Assembly (NCBI GenBank): GCA_026770705.1
Contig: JANJGN010000004.1
Span: forward strand, 190,650,001 to 190,714,000
DNA from: Isurus oxyrinchus
Taxonomy: Eukaryota
Reading direction: 5' to 3'
Length of the DNA: 64,000 nt
Part shown: positions 23,701 to 34,400 of the stretch, one piece after another
Layout: each line of letters opens with the position of its first letter
How positions within the stretch are numbered: the first letter of the stretch is position 1
Made by a program: the position numbers and the translations under genes
The notes under the pieces: generated by a model
Databases searched by the model: none
The model's input: only the letters and a program-made list of their open reading frames with translations
What the model was told of the DNA's origin: nothing

Positions 23701-26700
23701 AATTGTTCTATTTTCAGTTTTATCAGTGGGGCATGAGTACATTTGGATCTTGCACGGTAAGAGATTTTGCTTTCTCACAGTATCTTACTCCCCTTCTGGC
23801 TGACTGGTCTTTGTCTTTTCTGTAACAGGGTGCAATCTCTGGACTGGTGGCGGGTTTGGTAATGGCATTCTGGATCGGAATCGGCAATTTTGTTTCCCGA
23901 AAAGCGCCTCTTTCATTCGTAAATGCGACCACCATCCATAATGTTACCACTGCCTTGGCAACCAGCACCGTGGCGACAGTCAACCTTACAACAGTGGCTT
24001 CGAGTGCAGGGTACGTGCAGGGCCTATCACTGCAGTGTGTTGCGCAAATGGGCGATGGGATTTGGGGAAGGTGGGTACAAGTTCAAAGTGGTAAGAACTA
24101 GAGTGTGGAAAATGTCAGTCTCGATCATCCAGGTAACTTAGTTACATTTTGCATTAAACACTATTACCCGTATTGTCCCATAAGGTAAACCTGCAGTGGA
24201 TAGGAATGACGGTGGGGATTTTGGGTGCTGATCACCACACATATGCACCTCAAAGAACCATATGATGGTTTTAGCACGGCAAGAGACCATTTGGCCAATT
24301 GTACCTTTACTGGTTTCTGTAAGAACAACTCAGCTAATCCCTTTCCCCCTGCCCTGCAGATCTTTTCTTTTCAGATAATTATCCAATTCCCTTTTGGAAA
24401 CCATAATTGACCCTGCCTCCACCACATTCTGAGACAGTGCATTCCAGATCCTAACCACTCGCTGTTTTCCTCATGTCACATTTGGTTCTTTTGCCACTTG
24501 CCTTAAATCTGTGCCCTTTTGTTCTCAATCCTTCCACCAATGGGACACAGTTTTTCCCTGTCCAGACCCCTCATGAGTTTGAACGCCTCCATCGAATTTC
24601 ATCTCAACCTTCTCTAAGGAGAATAGTCCCAGCTTCTCCAAACAAACCTCATCACTGAAGTGTCTCACCCCGGAACCATTCTTGTGAATCTCCATCGAGG
24701 AAAGACCCAGATTCCTCAAAGGTCATGGGGAAGATGTTTCCATTAGTAGGAGAGACTAGGACCCGAGGGCACAGCCTCAGAGTAGAGGGAAGACCTCCCG
24801 GATGTGCTGCAGTGTCCGGAGCTCGGACTCCAGCTCATCAATTCTGAGCCGGAGTTCCTCCAGCAACGAACACTTGCTGCAGATGTGGTCACTGCAGCTT
24901 GCAATGGGATCTGCCAGCTCCCACATCATATAGCTACAGCACATCACCTGCCCAGCCATCTCGACTTAATTAATTTATTAATTAGCTTTGCAGTGTTTTT
25001 CTTTTCAAATTTGGTGCAGCTTTCCTACCAACCAATCAGGTCACAACTTTCCTGTGATGTCACTTTTTCAGTTTTGGCTTCAGTTACTCTGTGCCCCGAG
25101 GTCACCACTCCAGTGCTCCTCCCAGATTTATACTCACTGCTCTGGTGCTCCTCCCTCCAAGTCTGCTCCCAGGATTTACTGACCAATCAGCTGCTTTTTC
25201 TTTAAAATCCACTTTCAGAAGAGTGTCCCTCGCAGGTCTGGTGCACTCCTGAAGGCACTGCCTCTTCCTCTCTCTTTTTTTTTAGGTTTGAGGAGGAGAG
25301 AGGGATGGAAACACTACAGCAATGTAATGTTTGGGGCTATTCCGTTCTTTGACAGTGGGTTCTCCTCGATTCCCTCCTGAGTCACGGTGGCTGCGATGAC
25401 TTCTCCCAGAATGCTTCAGTTACTTCTCACCAGCGCCCTCTGTTGGATGCCCTTCCTCCTGTTGAGTACAAGAGTCCTTTTCCTTGATTCCCTCCTGAGT
25501 CGCAGTGGCTGCGATGATGTCTCCCAGAATGCTTCAGTCACTTCTCACCAGCGCCCTCTGTTGGATAGTGGTAGAACAGGGTAGGCAGAGAGGTAATCCA
25601 GCTATTGGCCAGTAGTTGTACTTGAGTTTGTGCAGTGCTCTAAACAGTGGTATGTTGGGTTTACTCCATTCTAACGTACCAGATGGTAACACAGGGATCA
25701 ACAAGGCCAAAATCCTGCACTGGTGACATTGGACAATCTGCTAGATTGCCCAATGAAGACCTTGGTAATACCTTATGAAAACATCAATGAGTCTCTCAGC
25801 TAGTAGATACTATTTAGATACATAGAGATGAAGAGCAATGGAAGTATTGGAATAAACATCTCAGGGTACCGGTATGGGTGCCATGTTATAACTAGAGTTC
25901 CACTCGCTCATCAGTTAATCTGAAGTGATGGTGAGGTTCAGAAAATCTTACAGCAAAGAAGGCGAACATTCAGCCCATCATGACAGTGCCAGATTTTGAA
26001 AGAGCAATTCATGTTTTTCAGATGCCAGTGGCTCAGTGGGTAGCTAAGGCAGGAGGTCGTAGGTTCAAGTTCCACCCCGGAGACTTGAGCGCAAAATCTA
26101 GAATGATATTTCTAGTGCGGTACTGAGGGAGTGCTGTGCTGTCAGAGATGCCATATTTAGTTTGAGATGTTAAAGTGAGCTCCAATCTGCCTGATCGGGG
26201 ATGTAAAAGATCCTATGGCCGCTATTCCAAAGAGGAGCAGGGACATTCTGTTCAGTGCCCTGGCCGATATTTATCTCTTAAACCAAAGAAAAACATTATC
26301 TGTCAATATCACATTGCCATGTGTGGGATCCTGTTGTGCACAAATTGGCTGTTGCATTTCCTATGTTACAGTGGCTACACTTAAAAAAAAAAGAGCTTCA
26401 CTGGTTGTAAGTGCTTTGAGGTGCTAGATAAATGCAAGTATTTTCTTCAAAGATTTTTCCTCCTTGTGTAGCTCAACCAATTTCCTGGTCTAATTTTCTT
26501 CCTGTTCTGTAGCCCCACAGGACTGAAGAAATTCTACTCTCTGTCCTACGTGTGGTACAGTGGGCACAATGCAGCCACCGTAGTCATTGTGGGACTACTG
26601 GTCAGTTTCTTAACAGGTAAAGTACCAGATTGTACATTGTGAATTGGTGCTTGTCAAAGCCTTGCTCTTCCAACCTCCTGTTTCAGCTACCCACCTCTAG

Positions 26701-29327
26701 CATGGCGCTGTAGTGATTATATTACTGGGTGAGTAACTCACAGAACGTGAATTTAAATGGTAGTTTGTGAATATGAATTCAGTAGAAATAGCAGCTATCA
26801 GTAAGAGTGGCCATGAGGATTGTCATCACTGGTTTTTAGCGAAGGTAATCTGCCACCCTTAACCCATCTGGCCTGTTAAGTGTCTCTGTCCCATATCTGA
26901 CCCCAAGCTGATCTCTGATATGGCCTAGCGAACCTTGTACCTAGAAGGCCCACCATCACCTTCTGAAGAGCAACAATAGATGGGTAATAAATGGATTGAA
27001 CCCGAGAATAACTAAATGAACAGATCTCTGAAGTGGTGCAGGCTAAATCTCCCATGTTCTTTGACAAGTGTTTGCAGTGGCAGGAGGGTTGGTCACTAGA
27101 GGCACAGATTTAAGGTGACGAAGGTTATATTAAACTACAGTGCTTGCCGCAGATACATCTGTTCAAGATAAAGACTTGAGTGTTCTCATGGGAAATTTGA
27201 GGCGCACAATAAAATGTCAGCCATGCACACAAAGGTTAGAGGAAATCTGGAACTCTCTCTTCAAAAAACTGTCGACGCTGGTGATCAAGTAAAAATTTCA
27301 ACGCTGAGATTGACAGGTTCCTGTCAGTGATGGGCTGTTAAGGGTTCCGGAATCAAGGCAAATAGATGGAGTTAATCTAAAGATCAGCCATGATCTAATT
27401 GAGTGAAGGGACAGGGCTGGAATTGCTACCACCTGCCTTGGCAACTTGGCCTTGATCATGTGACTTACTGTCTCTGTTCTCGCAGGTAGCGGCCCATTTC
27501 GTTGTCAAGTTTGTTTTTTTTAAATATCAGCAGTGTCTCTGCATGTGTGCATCTATATACGTTGCTCTCTGGTAGGTAGTATTTGCTTTTAGTGAGCCTG
27601 TCTGTGTGTGTACAAACACTTTTTATAGAGACATTGAATTCTGTGCCCACCCTCTGTGCACATTCTAGGACCAATGAAAGGGGAAGATGTGAATCCATCA
27701 ACTGTCGTTCCAATAATGCGTTACCTGCTCTTCTTCCTGCCCGAACAATGCAAGGAGAAGCTGAGCTGTGGAGTTCGGTATCAGCCAGCGGTACGTAGAG
27801 AACCTTCGATTATTTTTAACTCCCTCCTTCCTAGTGTTAGCAAATGGTTGTGAACCCGTTTAATTTGGGTAAGAGCTCAAACCCATCATACAGGCTACAG
27901 CTCACTGTCAGACAGACTGTACCGTCTGCAGCTCACTGTAAAACATATGGTACAGTTTGTGGCTTGCTTGCTGGCAGGTGGGTGGGGCCACTCGTGGCTC
28001 AGCCTGTCAGGCGCAGGCCAGGCCGCTCGCGGCTCAGCCCGTCAGGCGCAGACCAGGCCGCTCGCGGCTCAGCCTGTCAGGCGCAGACCAGGCCGCTCGC
28101 AGCTCAGCCCATCAGGCGCAGACCAGGCCGCTCGTGGCTCAGCCCGTCAGGCGCAGACCAGGCCGCTCGCAGCTCAGCCAGTTAGGCGCAGACTGGGCCA
28201 CCCCAGGCTCAGTCTGTCTGGCGCAGACCAGGCCGCTCGTGGCTCAGCCCGTCAGGCGCAGACCAGGCTGCTCGCAGCTCAGCCCGTCAGGCGCAGACCA
28301 GGCCGCTCGCGGCTCAGCCCGTCAGGCGCAGACCAGGCCGCTCGTAGCTCAGCCCGTCAGGCGCAGACCAGGCCGCTCGCGGCTCAGCCCGTCAGGCGCA
28401 GACTGGGCCACCCCAGGCTCAGCCCGTCTGGCGCAGACCAGGCCGCTCGCAGCTCAGCCCGTTAGGCGCAGACCAGGCCGCTCGCGGCTCAGCCTGTCAG
28501 GCGCAGACCAGGCCGCTCGTGGCTCAGCCCGTCAGGCGCAGACCAGGCCGCTCGTGGCTCAGCCCGTCAGGCACAGACCCGCTCGCGGCTCAGCCCGTTA
28601 GGCGCAGACTGGGCCACCCCAGGCTCAGCCCGTCAGGTGCAGACCAGGCCGCTCGTAGCTGAGCCCGTCAGGCGCAGACCAGGCCGCTCGCGGCTCAGCC
28701 TGTCAGGCGAAGACCAGGCCGCTCGCGGCTCAGCCTGTCAGGCGCAGACTGGGCCACCCCAGGCTCAGCCCGTCAGGCGCAGACCAGGCCGCTCGCAGCT
28801 CAGCCCGTCAGGCGCAGACCAGACTGTGCAGTTGTGGGCTCCAGCCTGCCTGAAAGTGTCATGGTCAGGGCAGTACTGAGGCTCTGCTGCATTGCCAAAG
28901 TGTTTTCCTTTGAGTGAGCTGTCAAACAGAGGGCTCAGTCTGTCAGCTCAGGTCGATAAAATTTTACATTTCAGTAGGATCACGTCTCATTCCTGTAGAC
29001 TCCATATATTTGACACGATTTATCGTGATCTCCTGCTGCCATTCTAAGGAAGAATCTTGAGGCGTTTTCTCTATTGTGTGTGATTTGTTGTGAAGCCATT
29101 TTGCCTTATTTGTGTCCTCCCTTTTCCCATGTTTCTCACGCACACAGAACAATGAACCCAGCTTTCAGCATTCTCTCGTGCCAACCAAAGAGTCAAATGG
29201 GGTGATAAGCAAAGTGGTGACGCCAGCGGTAGAGGAGAAACAGCAGTTTGGAGCACGACCATCAAAGGAGGTGGCAATTGAGAAGGAGGATCAGGCGTCG
29301 GTGGTCCTGCAGGAGACGTCTTTGTGA
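5636..29327 (+). CDS. SLC5A6: Sodium-dependent multivitamin transporter (SMVT), spliced CDS, 5' part outside window; 12 exons listed separately
   Basis: Joined exons read [23 protein letters not shown]|[13 protein letters not shown]...|...[32 protein letters not shown]...|...[13 protein letters not shown]...|...QETSL*, closely following vertebrate SMVT as I recall it; all junctions GT-AG with compatible phases. Confidence 0.95.
6671..6825 (+). CDS. SLC5A6: SLC5A6 coding exon ([13 protein letters not shown]...)
   Basis: Sodium:solute symporter signature; ctcag acceptor, ga|gtaagt donor; 155 bp. Confidence 0.95.
7194..7334 (+). CDS. SLC5A6: SLC5A6 coding exon ([12 protein letters not shown]...[13 protein letters not shown])
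   Basis: ctgcag acceptor, tt|gtgagt donor; 141 bp. Confidence 0.95.
8873..9002 (+). CDS. SLC5A6: SLC5A6 coding exon ([10 protein letters not shown]...ASDQ)
   Basis: ctatag acceptor, cag|gtacgg donor; 130 bp. Confidence 0.93.
11038..13426 (-). mobile_element. CR1 family A copy 2, 5'-truncated within the endonuclease
   Basis: RT ORF 11344-12357 (GVPQ, KFADD); same tail as copy 1; near-identical to copy 1 where they overlap. Confidence 0.95.
13780..13868 (+). CDS. SLC5A6: SLC5A6 coding exon (MVLYFVMD...[16 protein letters not shown])
   Basis: ttgcag acceptor, ag|gtaggt donor; 89 bp. Confidence 0.93.
13892..14092. repeat. 37-bp minisatellite, ~5.4 units, alternating A/B variants
   Basis: ctgtactgagataccagagtctgcagac + tgatgggac or cgaaggggc. 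Confidence 0.95.
15010..17050. mobile_element. Cluster of older CR1 3' fragments in both orientations (e.g. 15240-15727 +, 15735-16100 -, 16240-16880 -)
   Basis: ORF remnants YEERL...RGDLIE, WNALP, RPQLGYC. Confidence 0.8.
17161..17374. mobile_element. Penelope-derived fold-back element with TSD
   Basis: ~70-bp inverted arms 17161-17230/17258-17328; TTGTATCCAG(C/G)AATA duplicated at 17146-17160 and 17375-17389; same repeat at ~135-240, 16133-16235, 30670-30770, 31330-31460. Confidence 0.7.
17889..18077. repeat. 95-bp tandem duplication
   Basis: aatggagtaaaagagggtttgaaag...gacagtaaattg repeated at 17889 and 17984. Confidence 0.92.
18302..18414 (+). CDS. SLC5A6: SLC5A6 coding exon ([14 protein letters not shown]...ISKSL)
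   Basis: cctcag acceptor, g|gtaagt donor; 113 bp. Confidence 0.93.
18435..18890 (-). mobile_element. L2-type LINE 3' fragment
   Basis: RSSKSGLV...GGRAF...[11 protein letters not shown], typical of an L2 ORF2 C-terminus. Confidence 0.65.
19787..20253. mobile_element. PIF/Harbinger-type MITE with 3-bp TSD AGT
   Basis: TIRs gggcagaatttt / aaaatccagccc; AGT at 19784-19786 and 20254-20256; internal palindrome aaacctcatcc..ggatgaggttt. Confidence 0.8.
20550..21560 (-). mobile_element. Old degenerate CR1 RT-3' fragment
   Basis: [18 protein letters not shown] and YINDL remnants. Confidence 0.75.
21711..21778 (+). CDS. SLC5A6: SLC5A6 coding exon ([12 protein letters not shown]...VLQ)
   Basis: ttttgcag acceptor, cag|gt donor; 68 bp. 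Confidence 0.92.
21868..21954 (+). CDS. SLC5A6: SLC5A6 coding exon ([15 protein letters not shown]...FPMANST)
   Basis: ctcag acceptor after an 89-bp intron, aca|gtgagt donor; 87 bp. Confidence 0.93.
22369..22893. mobile_element. Related Harbinger-type MITE
   Basis: TIRs gggcaggatattt / aaaatcctgccc; same aacctcatcc..ggatgaggtt palindrome; poly-C run; no clear TSD. Confidence 0.7.
23829..24010 (+). CDS. SLC5A6: SLC5A6 coding exon ([19 protein letters not shown] + Ser/Thr-rich loop)
   Basis: aacag acceptor, gg|gtacgt donor; 182 bp. Confidence 0.9.
24726..25566 (-). mobile_element. CR1 family A copy 3: 5'UTR + ORF1 start only, joined to an inverted ~70-bp piece of the ORF2 3' region
   Basis: 24794-25566 matches ~4171-4980; 24726-24796 is the reverse complement of ~57521-57591. 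Confidence 0.9.
26513..26616 (+). CDS. SLC5A6: SLC5A6 coding exon ([16 protein letters not shown]...VSFLT)
   Basis: ctgtag acceptor, g|gtaaag donor; 104 bp. Confidence 0.93.
27669..27790 (+). CDS. SLC5A6: SLC5A6 coding exon ([14 protein letters not shown]...YQPA)
   Basis: ttctag acceptor, gcg|gtacgt donor; 122 bp; phase fits both neighbours. Confidence 0.85.
27986..28822. repeat. 35-bp GC/CpG-rich minisatellite, ~24 units
   Basis: unit ggctcagcccgtcaggcgcagaccaggccgctcgc with recurring variant gactgggccaccccag. Confidence 0.95.
29148..29327 (+). CDS. SLC5A6: SLC5A6 last coding exon (NNEPSF...VVLQETSL*)
   Basis: pyrimidine tract + cacag acceptor, phase 0; conserved C-terminal QETSL then TGA. 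Confidence 0.9.
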   Translation, partial: NNEPSFQHSLVPTKESNGVISKVVTPAVEEKQQFGARPSKEVAIEKEDQASVVLQETSL

Positions 29328-29511
29328 GGGTGGATCCTATGCGGCGACTTACTCCGCATGTGGACGGTGCTGGGAGAGTAAAATACTTCTACCATCTCTT
29401 AACAAAGGAAAGGCTGCAGGATAGCGACAGACCCACTCTTCACGGTTGTTGATCTCTTCCGTAGAGCTTTGTCTTTGCCACCGTTTGGAGCATACACGGA
29501 ACTAGATGCAT

Positions 29512-29517
29512 AATAAA
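29512..29517 (+). promoter_or_regulatory. First AATAAA after the SLC5A6 stop (candidate polyadenylation signal)
   Basis: AATAAA ~185 bp after the stop; usage unknown, the 3'UTR may be much longer. Confidence 0.3.
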
Positions 29518-30669
29518 GGGCAAGCGGTTGGGAGGAGGAAGGGAAGGGAAGGGATGAAATGACCTTAGCTAACTAATTTCCATCGAGCCAAGAAGTGTCT
29601 CAGATTGACAGGTGGTGCCGTGGCGGCCATTGGACTCTACCCAAGCAGGTAAATGTTAACAGGAGCAGTCGACTGCTTTGTGACTGCCCCTGTTTGTTGA
29701 CGAGTTATCATTCATCTGCTTGGGTTCCAGGTATTTTTTTTTTTGTAAAGCTTTCATCGCTCAGGAGCTCCATAAAAACTCGCTACTCGACCATTAATTC
29801 AGTCTTGCAATTGAGGGCGGGGGGGTTGGGGTGGGGGGTGGTTGGAGGATGAGAGGGGCAGTGCAGAGGTTTTGTTTCCCCAGCTTTTGGGCTGGTGTTA
29901 GGTGAGCAGTTTGTTTTCTTTTTAATTTGGTCTTTTACAGTTTTCTGAGTTTAAGCACACAGATAGTTGCAGGTTTTACAGTGACAGGCAGGAACTGTCC
30001 TGTTTCTGCTGGCAGATGTCCATGTCTTGTGATTTTGAAACCTTTGTCGAGCCAAGCTAAGGTCCAGGCTCACTGTATTTTTTGTTGTCCCTTCACTCAA
30101 CCGAAGGGCCCCCCACCACCTCAAGATTTCCATTATTGCTGCTTTGTAATCTATTGAGATGAGATGCACAAACTCAACCTGAGGTGAATATGGCCTCTTG
30201 CCCCTTCAGATTTATTCTCCCAGACCTGTCCCATTCTGCTGAAGAAGGTGAGATTGAGGGTGTTTGAGACTGTGGGGAGTCTGCCAACTCTTTTCAGTCT
30301 ACAGGCCAACAAGTCCAAAGCTCCCACTGTGTTATAAGTATATCTTAAACACTAGCTGGCAGCTCCGTGACTCATTGCGGGTAGAAGTCTGGCCTCTCAG
30401 TAAGAAGGTCATGAGTTCACGTCCCACTCCGGAGACCCGAACACGGAATCCATGCTGACGCCTCCGAGAGCTGCACTGTCAACGGTGCCTTCTTTCAGAT
30501 GAAGCTTTAACCTGCTGGTGCCTCTCAGGTGCATGTGAAAGGTCGTGTGTGACATATTTTGGAAGACGAGCGGGGGAGTTCTCCCCGTTGCCCTGCGGCC
30601 AGTGTTTAGCAGAACAGTCTTGAGGGGCTGAATGGCCTCCTGTTCCCGTGTTCCTCATAAGTCCGAGCC

Positions 30670-31460
30670 AGCTGAGAAAACAGAGGGTGTTGGAAAATCT
30701 CAGGTCTTGGCAGCAACTTTGGAGAGAGGAACAGTTAACGTTTTGGACCTGCGACCTTCCACCAGAACTAAGAATAATTAGAGACGGAATGGGCTTTGAG
30801 TAAGTGAACGGGGGGAGAGTAGGTAAAAGAACAAAAGAGTAGGTCAGTGATAGAATGGAAAGCAGAAGAGATTAAAAGAAAAAAGGTTTTATGATGCAAG
30901 GCCAAAGGGAATTGTAATGGGACTAGTAAAGAAACAAAGATGTGTCTAGAGGATAGCTGCCATCTGAAAGCAAGAGAAATTAGAGGGAAAAAGCAAGCCA
31001 ACAGAGAAAAGAAACCAACAGGGGCAGAGGTTAGGATCTAATAATGTTGAACTTTATGTTGAGAGGCACCCAGCCGAAAGATGAGTTATTGTTCCACGGA
31101 CTTGTGTTGAGCTTCATTGGGACACTGTAGCAGACCAAGGACAGAAAGGAGTGGGAGCAAGGTGGAGAATTCAAATCACCTGTCATTTCTACATGGAGTA
31201 ATAGAATCATTACAGTACAGGAGGATGCCATTAGGCCCATTGAATCCATGTTGGTTTCCTATACAGCGATTCAGTCAATCCCATTCCCCCGCTCTATCCC
31301 AGTAGCCCTAACTTTTCCAAGTTTTTCCAGTTCTGGTGAAAGGTCATAGACCTGAAGGGTTAACTCTTTCTCCCTCCATAGATGCTACCAGACCTGCTGT
31401 GTATTTCCAGCACTTTCAGTTTTTATTTCAGGTTTTCAACATCTGCAGTATTTTGCTTTT
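30670..31460. mobile_element. Penelope-like element relic: GIY-YIG C-terminal remnant with terminal repeats in opposite orientations
   Basis: Minus strand ~31031-31130 reads (frameshifted) EQ.LIFRLG...LNIKFN, like PLE endonuclease C-termini; flanking repeats of the 17161 family. Confidence 0.55.
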
Positions 31461-34400
31461 GTGGTTTGGAGAAAAACAGATCTCATTAAGACAGCCTGCT
31501 TTGTTGAAAGAAACCCCACCTTGAACCACATGCCACTACTACTCTCGTTCTGTCCCAAGCCCGTGAATCCGTCACACTAGTTATACCCTAGGCATAGACC
31601 ACATCAAGAACCTTGCAGGTATTTTAGATTTCTGTGCAGGTGATAAAATTTTAAGTGTTAACAAATTCAGGTCTGTCTTGGGTATGTGCCCAGTGTGATC
31701 ATTTGCTCCCCTTCGGTGGTCTAATAGAAGAGTGATACCCACTGCCCTGTGTGTACTAGACCTGGTAGTGCAATAATGTAACTCCTTCGTGAGAAACTAT
31801 GATCTCTCTAGAGCCAGTCCAAACTAACAGACACAACTGGTTCTATTTATCTTTTCTATTTGCTTTATTCCTGTTGTATAGGAGGTGAAACATACAGATC
31901 ACCAAATTTGATGGGAGTTGCATGGGACAATTCCGGTTTTTTAAAATTTGTTCTTGGGATGTCAGTTTGCTTACGATTTACCAAAAAAAAACCTGCTCAC
32001 TAAGCGTGGAAGCACAAACTCCCCCTGACCAGAGAATAACATTCTCCCCTGGCTGCCAGACTGATTTCACCCCCCCGCCGGAGGTCAAAGAGTCATTCGC
32101 TGCTAAACATCATCTCAAGTGGCCAACTGCTGCCTTTGCATTGGTCATTGCCTGGGATCCATGCAAAACAGATGCCTGTCCCACGTTTAATTCACCTCTC
32201 ACCTTCCCATGCTTCAGTGTGTGGCTATCTGGAGAAATGAGCCCCCTGTCTGGCACCTTCTTTGTTAAGAATCAATTTCTCTTGGGGAAATGGTCACCGA
32301 ATCCCCAGTGGCAATGGATAATCAGTCATGTTTGATTTAGCAAAAGTTCAACGGACCGTGGTAGTGACGCTTTGAGGTTGTAGATAGTGTCCGAGGTTAA
32401 TGTAATCTCTTGTTATTTTTATTTTTTTTAAGTTGAGGGCATGGTGCTTTGTTGACGTTCCTGTCCGATGTGTTCAGGAAACTATACGCTGGAATTCAGC
32501 AGGCACGTTCACTATACCAGTCATCCCTCAACATCTGGCTTTGAATCATAACATGGGACTCTGAATGGAGTCCTGCTTAGTAACTCTCATCACGTGTAAC
32601 GTGCTTTCCTGACTGTCCTGTCTTGTACACTTCAGCTCAGTCTTCTCCCCTGTGTGAGTACGAGGTGATATCACAATGGAGGAACAACAAAACAGTAAAT
32701 ACCAGACAGAGGTCTTTCACCCTCTTGTGTTCACTCTGCAATTTTTGGCAAAGTGATAATGAATTTTCTTACAGTGATAATCTTTATTTATTTTTACTTT
32801 TTGTAAATTTGTCAAGCTCTCCCCATCCCTAGGCATGAATATAGTTGTGTGACACCTTTGTTACTGGACTATAACCCAGGGAAAGTGAGTTCAAAACTCA
32901 CCATGACATTTGGAAAATTTGAAAAAGAAAATCTGGGAATAAAAAGCTTAAGTCTGTAAAAATTAACAGATTGTCCTAAAAACCCAACAGCCTCAGTAAT
33001 GTCCTTTAGGGGAAGGGAGCCTGCTCACCTTACCCAGTCTAGGCTCATATTTGATGACAATCTCACACTGACGTGCTTGACTCTTAACTGTACCCTGAAG
33101 TAGATTAGCAAGCCACTTGCTCTCCATTGTTCAAGAAGGAGGCTCACCACTATTTAAGATATCTAGAGATGGGCAATAAATGCCATTCTTGCCAGTGATG
33201 CCCATCACCCAGGGAACAAGTTTTTAGTTTAAAAGAGTGATGCTGCATGAAATTCAAACTCAACTGTTAACCCTTTCATCTGTGTTAGCTGGGGCCCTTT
33301 CACACTTGCCCAGCATCACCAGCTGAGGGGACTGAACTCTGAAACCGAAAGGGTGTTTAAAAATTAAAGGCTCTCAGCCAGTACTCACCCAGCTGAGGGG
33401 CAAAGCTCAATATATTGTTGGGTTAAATTTGAATCAGACTTACGCTAAAGAGAACATATCTCATAATGCATAGAGATTTTAATTTATAGCACATTTAAAT
33501 TATTGTGTAGCTGCAAATTTTAGAATGATATACTGTAATTTACGAATGTGATTTAATTTTTATTCTGTGCTGATTTTATAATTTATCTTTAGCAAGAGCC
33601 ATTTGAGTTTTTTTTAAGTAACATGATTCAACAGTTTAAGATAACGAATTCGTTCATAGTGTATGGATGTATCATGCCAGTATATAATTTTATACATTGA
33701 CTTGTGGGTAGTGTACTGTGTGTGCGCACAGCGTGGGATAGTGTGTGCGTGTGCACAGTGTGGCGCACCCTGTGCTTGCGCACAAAGCGTTATTTGCCAT
33801 GTCATGCTGTGTGTGCACAAACTATACTGCACTGTGGTTGTGCACAAAATATATCATAATGTGTATTTGCGCTCAAAAGTATATTGTTTGGTTTAGCCAA
33901 GTTGTTAAACTGTGTGTAGATGTAGTGTTTGATTCCATGTGGCTGTGCTGCTAGCACTAACATTTGGTGCATTTTACTTTTTGTTGTGAACGTTGTGTAA
34001 CGGTGTCTGGATTCTCACCAGGACATGTAAAACATGCAGTCGATAATCATACCATTGCAATGATCTTCAGCATGTTGCATAATCAATCAGCCTGGTAACT
34101 GGGCTGGCACCAGAGTGAACAAAAATGACCCTGAAAACTGTCAGCTTGCTCTAAAAGGCCAGCAGATTCGTTAAAAGTACAGTCATGTCGTGTTGATGTT
34201 AATACACTAGCAATCCAGAAACCTGAACTGATGATTCTGAGACATGAGTTCATATCCCACCACTGCAGCTGAGGAATTTAAACTCAGTTGATAAGTAAAT
34301 CAGGAATACAGAGCTAGTCTCTTTAGTAATGGTGACCATTAAACCGCCAGATTGCTGTATAAATCCGTCTGGTGCACTAATGATGGCAGATTTCCTTCCT

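Noticed and set aside
26025-26080. tRNA gene (A- and B-box-like motifs)
   Set aside because: No cloverleaf; continues into a SINE body
27844-28879. Long Arg/Ala/Gln-rich ORFs
   Set aside because: Translation of a stop-poor 35-bp minisatellite inside an SLC5A6 intron
6671-29327. Alternative assignment to SLC5A5, SLC5A8 or SLC5A12
   Set aside because: [30 protein letters not shown] and terminal QETSL match SLC5A6 best
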